A DNA stretch of 58,885 nt, filler included, from Dirinaria sp. TL-2023a (Eukaryota), in the NCBI GenBank assembly GCA_051941275.1. It is 2 parts of 2 records of this genome, joined end to end, with 100 filler letters (N's around TTAATTAATTAA, not from the genome) between each part and the next. Parts side by side here need not be neighbours in the genome. Positions count along the whole stretch, not along the records: positions 29,538 to 58,885 come from JAVEBF010000116.1; 1 more part is not named here. The stretch is one strand, 5' to 3'. The translations under genes were made by a program, and so were the position numbers. How positions within the stretch are numbered: position 1 is the stretch's first letter; every line of letters begins with the position of its first letter. The notes under the pieces were generated by a model, which saw nothing but the letters and a program-made list of their open reading frames with translations, was not told where the DNA came from and made no database searches. Of the stretch, positions 48,833-58,885 are shown piece by piece.

Positions 48833-51189
48833 GATGAGACGCTATTGTATGGCAATAGCTATGGTCAATCCTTCGAAGAGAATCTTGGAATGAGGGTAAG
48901 CAGAAGATCTTGAAACGAGGTTGAATGCGGCTTGTCCGCTTGCTCGGAGGATTTTCTTGAAAGGCATAAGCATGTCGCAAAGGAGGCATCCAACAGGCAA
49001 TATGCATATTCTGACCGTCAACTTCTTGCAGCTGATCACAGTATACTTCATGCATCATACTAATAGAGTGTGTTCCTTTGTGAGTGGTGAGGTATGCGAT
49101 GGTGCACAGACTCTGTAGCGCAAGCTCCTACATCACATTTTTGAGCTCTCGAACTGTAGGAATGAGTACAGTACAAACTCTAGCAATGCTTAGCGGGGCC
49201 AGATGTGACTAAGATAGTAGTTCGCGTTCATATCCCATGCAAGAGGCGCAGGTTGATGCACCTGGTCTAGGGGCTGCTACCGCGTGAGTCGCGGACCGTC
49301 ACCCGACTGACACTAGAATTGTGTCCATTCAAAGACTGCCACGACATAGGAAAGGCGACAATCGCGGGTGCTCTCTAGTGTGCCAAGCTTGGCTAGGGGA
49401 GAGCATCTACAGTAGATGCTACGTCTTACTGCAGCCACGGGCATGCGGAACAATCTTGGGTAGACGACAGCATCAATGCCACCACTACCCAGTGCGCGCA
49501 TACGAATACTTCAGATCGATTCCGTACAGTCATCTGACAGAGATTTCCAGGTCGAGCCTCCCCAACGGTCATCTGCATTTGGCGGTGTCGTTGGCAGGCG
49601 CCTGGACGATATATACAGGGTGCTTCTAGTATCTCATCTGGCTTCCTGCACTGCTTCAATATCTTATTGGATATTGCATTTTGAAAGTATTGCTTTACCA
49701 CGATCTTCAGTTGATCTTGCTCATGGCGGATATCGCGCTCTTCATGACCACTGATGTACTCTTTCGTGCTTCACATATCAAAGGAGTAGGGATGTCGATA
49801 AGCCAGTAGATTCGAAGCACAAGCGAGCGCGAGACTTGACACTTCTGTGACCTTTTCAGGCTAACGTTACACGCGAGTTGCGGTGTACTCTGACCAGAGA
49901 GGGTCAGATGGGAGTAGACCCTATTAGATGTACCGCACTATCCTAGCGAGGTCTGTTCGACCGAAATGCTACCATCATAGAATACCGATCGGGCTACCCC
50001 TGCTGCAGCACCTCCTCTGCCAATACGTCAGAAGTATCCAGAACGAGGGTGAGCATTGACCATTCACAGCATATTGATAGCTTTTTCCCTCAAACACGCG
50101 GCCAGAGTATTGGGGGAACACAAGGGTTTAAATTTAAAGGAGGAAAATGGGAAGGGATAATCCGTTGTAATGTCCAAGCTGTACACGGATGCCGTGTGCG
50201 CGCGAGACCGAACCATAAGTCCCGGCTAGCGCGATCAGCGCTGCCAATGCCGCGATTAACTGAAGCTCAAGCCGAAAACACTCCCAAACCTCATCTCTAG
50301 GCGCTCGAGCGGCACGTTCGCCGCTGATAGCGCTAGCCAGAAATGTTGATGTAGTCGTCTCCATTGGACATCAATACGGAGTACTCCGACTCACGCGACC
50401 AGTGCTCCTCTAGCGCTCATGATCATTGCCTGATCCACTTACGAACGGAAACTCGAGAAGTAGTGAATCGTAGAGGTGCGAATCAGATTCGAGCCAGTCC
50501 ACCCTTTTAGCTCGGGCCTTCCGGCCCTTCGTTCTAGGCCCCGTCAACGGCGCAGTTGGCTGCATCAGGGAAGTGCTCTACATGATCCGCCCGATCCGCC
50601 CACACCCACCCTATTCCCGTCGCTAAAGCTTGCCTCAATAATAATGTATCACCTGCCTCATCCCCGATATATCCATCAATCAAGTCACCTTCAATTGTAA
50701 CAACGAATGTATATGTCGGATTTAAGATGAATTGGAGGCTCTTTTTATGAACTGGGCCAAAGAAGGTGTATTTGTGCTCAATTGCCTCAAAACTAAAGGA
50801 AGAACTTTTGTGGGCAGTAGTTACCCGGGATCTGCTGACTCATTCATAGTCTAACCACTTTCGTCAAACAATCCTTGGCATTTTGTTGTGGTGGTGAGTT
50901 TTCTGCCTTACAGATATCGATGGAGGCGAGCATGCAAAGTAGACCAGACTATACACGACTTCAAGTCATGAAGTTTTCTCATAGCTCGTATAATCAGATC
51001 AAGTCATTTCGGGATCGAGAATCATAAAGAAACACGATAAGCTACTCTAAGTCAACATTTACTAAACGCCCAATACTCTCCCTAAGCCCTAGATAAAACC
51101 CATTAAGCTCTGATCCAACGTTGACGAATTCGAACAAGATTAGATGTGAAAGCCAACCCCACCTCGCCGTCTAAACCCCTAAAATGCGT

Positions 51190-52688
51190 TCACAAACTCT
51201 CCCTGAAGAGTTGCACAACCTCCTGGTTTTGCTGCACCATATCTCGGTTCCAAATCCAGTGCTCCATGGAGCCTAAAAGCTTGCCCATCTTGTTGATATC
51301 ATTCCCGACACCTTCTAGCTGCATACTGATTATTTGTCCCATTTCTCGACTCGTCGACACAACCCTCTGTGTCCTTACTCTCCTGACTTGATCGTAAGCT
51401 AGAAACGCATTCTGGACCATACAGGGCTCCGAGACTTCCGCGAGCACCTTTGCCAGAACAAGAGCATCTTCGATCGCTTGACCTGCACCTTGGCCTTGGT
51501 ATGGCGTGGTCGCATGTGCTGCGTCACCCATCACTGCAATGCGACCTTTTGTGTAGGTTGGTGCAGGTCCATCATCCCATATAGCCCAGAGGGATGGCTT
51601 TTCGGTAGCTAGGAAGAGCTATACAGAAGTTAGCCGGATCCAATGAGGAAAGATATGTTGTTGGGCCGGATTAAATCCAGTGGAGTTTGTTAAAGATTAA
51701 CATACTTCGACGAGACCCTGAGCCTTGCCGCCCCACGTACTGAACATATTCCTCACGGCTTCTGGATCGGCAGGGAGGACCCAGTTCTCGTGTTCCCAAG
51801 TGTCATGTTCGAAGTCGATGATAACGATGTTCAAGATGGATCCACCGTCGATGGGATAGCTCATCAGACCTTTGCCTGGAATATCATGAGCAATTGCTTC
51901 CATTTGAAAAATAAAGACGACTAGATGTGGCTTGAGTGGAAGATTAGCTACACACCTCTCCCGCAATGCATGAAACAGTTCCCTGCAAATTCCTCTCCAA
52001 GCTTTTCGACCGCTTTTTCCATGGGCGCCAGGCCCCTATAAGCACATGTTCCTGAGAAGACAGGCTTTGCCAATATTTTGCCCAGCAAATGCTCTCGAAC
52101 GTTGCTATGAACACCATCGGCGCCAATGACCGCATCTGCTGCAGCTGTGGTTCCATCTTTGAAGTGAATGACTATTGTACCATCTTGTTTATCGTCCAAA
52201 TGAACAACACGTTTGTTGAAGTGTGCGCGCTGCGGAGGAACGATTTTGACAATCTCGTCGAGAAAACGCGCCCGATGCACGGTCTGCTGGCCCGTTGCAC
52301 TCAGATGAGCATGAATGAGCTCGCCCTCATGCTCTCTTTCGCCCTGAAGTGCCACTGCATATTAGTGGAATGTGCATGAATTCCAACAGAGGGACCGACT
52401 GACCACAACGTAATTGACCATTGTTTTTGCATGTCTCGGCGACATGTTGCCCGTAGCGTGTTTGTCGAAAGCGGCTCGAGCTTCAGGCGCTATGAGCTCC
52501 AACGCTTTTTGGGCATTAGGTCCAATGCTGACTCCAGCGCCGATTTCACCAAAAGATGGCGCAGCTTCGTAGACTTGAAAGTCGATGTGAGGATATTTAA
52601 GCAGAGCTATAGCAGTGCAGACGCCGCCGATGCCTCCTCCGACGATCGCGACACTGAGAGGCTTGGGAGACATAGTTGTCAATGACAT
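51190..52688 (-). CDS. FAD-dependent monooxygenase, salicylate hydroxylase-like (group A), 4 exons
   Basis: VAIVGGGIGG, FGEIGAG, HRARFLD, ADAVIGADGVHS, AYRGL, MGDAAHATTPYQGQGAGQAIED. Start may instead be 52673. Confidence 0.92.
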
Positions 52689-55496
52689 GCCCTTCCGCAA
52701 TGGTTTGAAGACTCGCAGCTAGGTGGAAGTAAAGAACTTGAAGACAGAATAATCGATCTCTGACGTGCGCTTCTATTAGAGTGAGCTGGGGGCTGGTTTG
52801 AGAAGGAGTTTGAATGATCCGGAATGCTGAATGGAGTATCCGCATAGCGAACGTCGAATATATATATTCGGCAGCCGATAGGTCGAGAATCCGTTCCGAG
52901 AGCCAGTTCGTTTCGAAAGACCTCTCAACCTCGTCTATAGCGCCGGAGTTGGTTCGAAGAGTCACCGAGATGGTCATTGATGCTCTATGACATACAGTTG
53001 TAGAGGTTCAGTGCATGCGTAATGGTAAAAAGATGGGAAGTTCTTATGATATCTGTTGCCGAGTTCCGGAATGGGGCTCCAAAGCCTACGGTAGTAGCAT
53101 CGGATAATGCATCATGAGTTGGCTTACTTAAGTACCTACCTGATCTAAATATCAAATCATCGCAATAGCAAATGTATCGTGAGGCTCTTATGACTGCATA
53201 TTTTGGGATTTGCAAAAGAACCTGCACATTTGGAAAGAGACTCTTCGCACCATTAGTCCCAATTCTTCTACAAATGGCGGGCTGGTACAATAGACCAGAA
53301 ACACTGGAGCTTCTCAACTTCCGTTGGGGGATGACGAACTGCGATGTCTTGTGCAGCATCACTTTGACGACGAACGCATGATGTATAGTTGACAACTCAA
53401 CGCTCAAGTTCGCTTATTGGATACTCGGACTCTTTCAAAGTCCGACTGCAGAAATCCCAGCACGGAGATAGCGAGCTTTCTTCTCCGGAACGAGTACGAG
53501 ATCGATCTGATTGGCCATAGGTGCAGATGCCATCTGAGCGAATTGCTGTAGACATGCAGTCGGGATCGGAAACTCGGCGCCATAATGGAAGTCCTCGCTA
53601 TATAGCGTCATGTACGCCAAGACGAGGCCGTCCAGGTGACTACATGGACCTCAGGTAGGTACAATTGGACTTTGGCGAGCACAGGTACGAGTACTGCATT
53701 CCTTAGGTAGCAAATTAGTTTCTAAGGGCGATATGTTGAAGGAGTTCACGAGCCGCACTAGCCGGCGCCAGCTAAAGCTGATAGGTTCGAGCGCATTGTC
53801 TTCGGCCAAATTTCCAAAATCCGCGCTTGCCATTGACGACCCCTCACGCACACTCAATTTTCTATCAGCGCAATTAATCGCATATCCCCAGACATCGGGC
53901 GTGCCGGAAGAAAATGACATGACAAAAAGTCTTATGTTGATCGCAAAAGCTCTAATTTTAAACACCCTGCATAGGGAAGCCCCAAGGGTCCATCCAGTGA
54001 TCGACATCTTTCAGTACATGAGTAAAGGCTTCTTCCGATCCGGTGGCATCATCTCTTCTGTATCCTGTATTACTAGACGTTCGTTGTGAGCATATGATAC
54101 GAGTAACTCACAAGACCATTGTATTTCTTTGCTGATCAAAGGAGCAACTATTGCGTACCCCACCCTCGAACTTCCGTTTCTTCTTCTCGACATACTCTCA
54201 TCCTCCAACCCCAGAAAGCACGTAAATCTGATAATCACAATAATCCGACCACGTGCACAATAATTTATATCAAGAATCTTTCCAGACAATGACTCGGGCT
54301 CTTCTTCATAGCTATCGTACAATCTCGGAAGGATTTCTCTCAGCGTTGGTTGTAATACCTAGAGTATCTGAGAGGATGAATACAATCGAAAATAAAAAAA
54401 GGAAAGTCTCTACTCAACTTCTGTACATTGGTCACAATATTTATTTTCATTCATTTTCCAAATAGGCTCTTCTTGATTCTGGGCTAAGGGGGCCACGCCG
54501 CTCTCAGTCCGTTCGACAAGACGGCTGAAATATGCCTTTGCTCGATCGAGACGCCCGAGTATTCTCCTTAGCTAGCTGTATTGAGAGTTCAAACCCTTGT
54601 CGTCAAAAATCGCGTTTCTTTAGGAAGAATACGGCTCTGTTCCAGATTTTAGATGTATTTGAAACCCTTAACTAATGGCGATGGCTCATGAAAGCGGATA
54701 TAGAAGCGATGATGGGAGTGTTACTCCCATGACGACGGCATTGAAAACACGAATAGATCCTGAGCCAGTAACAAAAGATGCACGCAATGAAAAGAGACAG
54801 TTTTTTTTCCAGCATCACCAACAGACGCTTTCTTCCCAGAGTCAATTTGCCCTAATTGATACCACGGCGTCAGTATCAAATGCTAACGCAAATTTTTGTA
54901 AGTACTTCTAAGATTAAGAGTTTTATCATGCAACCGGGAAGGTGCGTGCTCTAGCGACACCCAATGAACAAAAGCCTAATATTGAGAAGTGGAGTAAGAG
55001 TCCAAGTGTTTTTTGCTCCAAAGGCCGAGCATCGGTGGACAACCTAAGACGATGACACAACGGGGCAAAGCCTTCCACCTTGAGCATGGTCTTCGTACCA
55101 GTCTTGACTGCCAACAGCAGTTATGGCGAAGTGTATTGGGAGGATTATACTTCCGCTAGATCGCTTTCAAAGTCCCGTAATTGGTCCCGTAAAAGACTTG
55201 GTTGAGATTTGGCTGTTGGAAGTCGCCCTCGCTGAGATATGCACCGCCATTCGGTGTCAAGTCTTCAAGCATTGAGAACAAGCGAGCAGTCATTATATCC
55301 GCGTAGGCGATGTTAGAGGTTTTGTTTGGTATAACTATAGGGGCTATACCAAGATATTCGCTGTCTATCAGTGGGTTCGAATCCTTACAAAAAAACTGCG
55401 TTATTACAAGTGCGAATCCTGGCTTTGAAAATTTGGGCGAAAATGACCCCAGAATCGCAAATCCCCTTTACTTTTCAATGCAGTTTTAATGTGTTA

Positions 55497-56119
55497 TTAC
55501 ACACACAAAGGCTGAGGCGCATCTGGCGCCATAGTGTAGGAGATCCTACCCGCAGGCAAGAAAAACAGCGCAACGAGGGCACCTCCTCGCACCTGGGGAT
55601 AGTGATGGGTTCCCGCACCCGGGGAAGTCCATCCGGCGCCTTGCCACCCTTGCATACCACGAAGCTCGGCCGTTTTGTCAACTTGCACGACGCAATTGAT
55701 CTCGCCGTAGGGATGGCCGTGGTGCTGTCCCGAGTACTCGTCCTCGCTGTCCATGTACACGGTGGTGATGCTGAAGAAACGGTTCTCCGCGCTCGGCAAT
55801 GCGATCTTGCCCCGTCGGTATTTCTCACCGTCTAAGCGTGTCTCCGCAACCCATCCCTCAATCAGGCCGAGCCTGACACATGTGCAGAAGTCTTCGTAAA
55901 ACGGGTTTCCAGGGCCGTAGTCGGTGTTCAGGCGGTGCTCCAAGTCCTTGCCCGGGGTCCTGTTCCCGGGATCAGTCGCTGTCAGATGGCGAAGGGGGTA
56001 AGAATCGCGTACAGATCCTTGATCTCCTTGAAAAATTCTTGACAGCGAGCGACCAGCTTCTGGGCTGTTGGGTAGCGCTCGAAATCAAGCACTTTCGCAG
56101 CGTCGCCGTTCTCAGCCAT
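55497..56119 (-). CDS. 4-hydroxylaminobenzoate lyase (PnbB) / DUF4863-like protein, 2 exons
   Basis: LE.RLN..YGPGN..YE......G..EGW......G..YRRG.I..P.....FSI..VYM......GQHHGHPYGEIN......G...GAGWTSP..GTHHYP.V.GG....LF.LPAGRISY. Confidence 0.85.
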
Positions 56120-57760
56120 GACTTCTCCAGCGTCGTCAATTTCTCCGAGAATATACTGCAGATGCTATTATCTAACGAAAGCAAGGCCAGCTGTCTAAAA
56201 GTCAAGCGCAATGAATGATAAAGACTAGGTCACTACCTAAGTTACAAAGCTTGAGATTTATGGAGGCTGTAGGCGTTGGACCGATATACGGAGTTCTCGA
56301 GGGAGGCAAGCAGTCGGCGCATCCCCATTTATAATGGCTACAGCTACTTCCTAGCAGGGAACAGCGGTGCACAAGCGGTGCCTGCCTTTGCAAGGCAATG
56401 CTGCTGCAGTCATTTTCGGTAAATCCGTCGAACTTTGTCAGTAGCAGCCCCACAAACCGCTCAACGTATGGAAAAGCCTCAAATCTTGAACTGAGTTCAT
56501 GTAAGTAATACAGTCATATACTAACCGGAAATAGTAGCAAGGTCTTGACACTATGCAAGGCGAAACCTCGTTATCCCACCTTGCAGCATGGTACGGAACA
56601 AAATATCGATTTCGAGGTGATCTTCTGCATGATCAGAAAAGAGAAAAACGGTGAGAGAACTGTCATTCACACCAGGGAAGTCTGTTCTCTTCCAATGCAA
56701 AGTTCTCAGGGAAGCGCGTCAGTTGCTAGTTGCAAGGAAGAAACCGCGGGAAAATAATCGTGTCTTTTTCAGTCAATCGATCAAACTCTTCACAATCTCT
56801 GCACTCCGGCGATTGTATTTACGTTTTTGCTTCGTGAAATGCATCAATGCATCAATGCAACATAAGACAGTCAACGCAAGGTAAGCATAGCTATTATGCC
56901 ACTGCAGAACTCCATTTTCCCCACTATGCTTTTCTCTCGATCCGCATCATGTATGCGAACTGTCGCATTGAGTTCTCGTGTCTGCTTACGGCGTTTCAAC
57001 GATCGACAAGACGATTCAGGATGATAAATCGCAGCTACTCCTCAAGCGGAGCTCCTACTTCCACAGTTGGACTAGCGGCAAACTTTTCCGAGCCCGAGGC
57101 GAGGCATTGGGGCGGCTAGTCGATTTTCGGACATTTATGTACATCCCCACTTACTACCTCGAACCTACAGTCTTGTCTGTCCATCACATCAGCGTAAGGT
57201 TCACTCTTGGACCTGCACAAGGTCACACATCATGATTTCGATGCAGCTTGAAAATAAAGACTCTTTTCACCGCTTTTGCTGACCAAGGAGTTACACATGC
57301 GCCGCGAGTCCAGTGCCGGGAGATTGCTTTACCTTACACACTGACTTTTTCTGTCATTTTCTAGGCTTTATGCGTTGCACGTATTGCGCTTATGATACTA
57401 GCATGATGGTTTCAGTATCCGATTCTGTAGAATGGTGTCACTATGCTGAGTCGACGAGGTTGCTCCGCTTGTTCATCTTCTCCATTCATGGCATAAAAGT
57501 CTTGCGCGGTATAATACGAACACCCTATGTCAGCTGTTTCCATATAAGGTCCTGCCTTCCAGTTTGCCTTCCAGTTTTCTCATTTTTCCGCTCCCATTAG
57601 ACATATTTACGAAATTTCGAGGCATCGAAGTCCACATTCACGTGGCCACGAACATCTTAAGCGACGAATCCTGCCCACACGACGATCAAAAATAGGAGAA
57701 GGAAGAGAGAGAGAGAAAAAAATTCCAAACCGTAAACCACTCCCAAAAAAACCCTCCATC

Positions 57761-58867
57761 ATGCCGACCATGAAAGAAGCGCACGTCCACGCAGATACCT
57801 CAGTAACAATCCACTCAGCCCCAATACCGGAAATCTCGCACCCATCGCAGATCCTAATAAAAGTAGTCGTCTCGGGCACCAACCCCAAGGATTGGAAGCT
57901 GCCCGCGGGCCTCCTAAAAACGATCCCCACCCTACCCAACAGCGGCGACGACATCGCGGGGATCGTGCACGCGGTCGGGTCCGCCGTGCACGATTTCCAC
58001 GTCGGAGACCGCGTGGCCGCGCTGCACGAACTCGGTACGCCGGGGGGCAGTTTCGCCGAGTACGCGCTGGCGTGGGACTGGACGACGTTCCATCTCGGTG
58101 ACGAGGTGGGGTTTGAGGCTGCAGCGGCGGTGCCGATGGGGGCTCTGATGGCCGCCATTGGGCTGTTCGGGATGCTTCAGATCACACCAGGACCGTGGGC
58201 TTCGGTCCCCGCGGACGTGGAGAGGCCGTTGGTTATCTACGGCGCTGCGGGGACGGTCGGCGCGTACGCCGTCAAGCTCGCGAAGCTGGTGAATGTGCAT
58301 CCCTTGATCTGCATCGCGGGCCAAGGGGCTGAGTTCGTGGGATCCCTCATCAGGCCCGAAGATGGAGACGTGGTGGTCGATTATCGGAACGGCGACGAGC
58401 AGCTCGTTTCCTCGATCCGGGAAACCCTTGCTGGAAGAAATCTCGAATACGCCTTCGATGCCACAAGCGCGCATGGAAGCTTTGTAAATCTGAGCAAAGT
58501 CCTGTCTCCAGGTGGCAAACTTACTCTCGTTCTTGTTGACAAGCGCACCGAGATCCCGCCTCATATCCAGCAATCAAATACCATGGCCGGCAGCCTCTGG
58601 CGAGACCTCTCCAAGGATGTGGATCGGGATTATACCGGGTTCGGGAAGCTGGCGTTTGAGCGGGGGAAGGAGTTCGGGTTGATGTTCTCGAGGCTGATAG
58701 GGCGGTGGTTGCAGGAGGGAGTGCTTCAGCCGCATCCGTTTCAGGTTGTGGAGGGCGGGTTGGAGGGGTTGGAGACGGCGCTGAAGAGGTTGAGGGAGGG
58801 GAAAAATTCGGCGATGAAGTATGTGGTCAGGATTGGGGATACACCGGGTTTGGGGAATGCTGTGTGA
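57761..58867 (+). CDS. MDR-family NAD(P)H oxidoreductase (enoyl-reductase / ToxD-like, zinc-independent type), intronless
   Basis: IKVVVSGTNPKDWK, NSGDDIAGIV..VG..V..F..GDRVAA, SFAEYA, IYGAAGTVG, GGLEG...L..L..GK.SA.KYVVRI. Confidence 0.92.
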   Translation: MPTMKEAHVHADTSVTIHSAPIPEISHPSQILIKVVVSGTNPKDWKLPAGLLKTIPTLPNSGDDIAGIVHAVGSAVHDFHVGDRVAALHELGTPGGSFAEYALAWDWTTFHLGDEVGFEAAAAVPMGALMAAIGLFGMLQITPGPWASVPADVERPLVIYGAAGTVGAYAVKLAKLVNVHPLICIAGQGAEFVGSLIRPEDGDVVVDYRNGDEQLVSSIRETLAGRNLEYAFDATSAHGSFVNLSKVLSPGGKLTLVLVDKRTEIPPHIQQSNTMAGSLWRDLSKDVDRDYTGFGKLAFERGKEFGLMFSRLIGRWLQEGVLQPHPFQVVEGGLEGLETALKRLREGKNSAMKYVVRIGDTPGLGNAV

Positions 58868-58885
58868 GGTAGATTACTACTGATC

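Noticed and set aside
52985..54322. ORF fragments between the monooxygenase and PnbB-like genes
   Set aside because: Possibly a degraded gene, but no family motif is recognisable without a search.
1..58885. CRISPR arrays, prokaryotic defence systems, tRNA/rRNA genes, intact transposons
   Set aside because: The sequence is intron-containing fungal DNA. I saw no repeat-spacer arrays, cloverleafs, rRNA, transposase/RT ORFs or LTR/TIR pairs.

Overview
Filamentous ascomycete (Pezizomycotina) genomic DNA with short GT-AG introns and CTRAY branch points. A 100-nt artificial spacer (44 N + TTAATTAATTAA + 44 N, 29438-29537) splits the window into two unlike halves. The left half is a dense housekeeping block: MOD5, CAF16, ELP2, URM1, a PFK2/FBPase-2-like gene, TOM40, GSK3, CBP80, FCF2, PNP1, SF3B4/HSH49, DUF2015, eL28 and cytosolic MDH. 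The right half is a sparse accessory block: a decayed heme-thiolate peroxidase, a sulfotransferase-like protein, a secreted lipase, a GGPP synthase pseudogene, three secreted proteins of unknown function, a PTH11-like membrane protein, an FAD monooxygenase, a PnbB/DUF4863 lyase-like protein and an MDR oxidoreductase. The best hidden signals are: (1) a cryptic intron over the MDH stop codon whose second tandem acceptor would turn ...PPPK* into ...PPPKL* (a PTS1-type end); (2) a box C/D snoRNA of the snR63/SNORD46 type inside the long FCF2 intron; (3) three tRNA anticodon-loop modification genes within 7 kb, with ELP2 and URM1 head-to-head across 264 bp; (4) a possible aromatic-compound module (PnbB-like lyase, FAD monooxygenase, MDR reductase). 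All exon structures were read by eye and no database searches were run.
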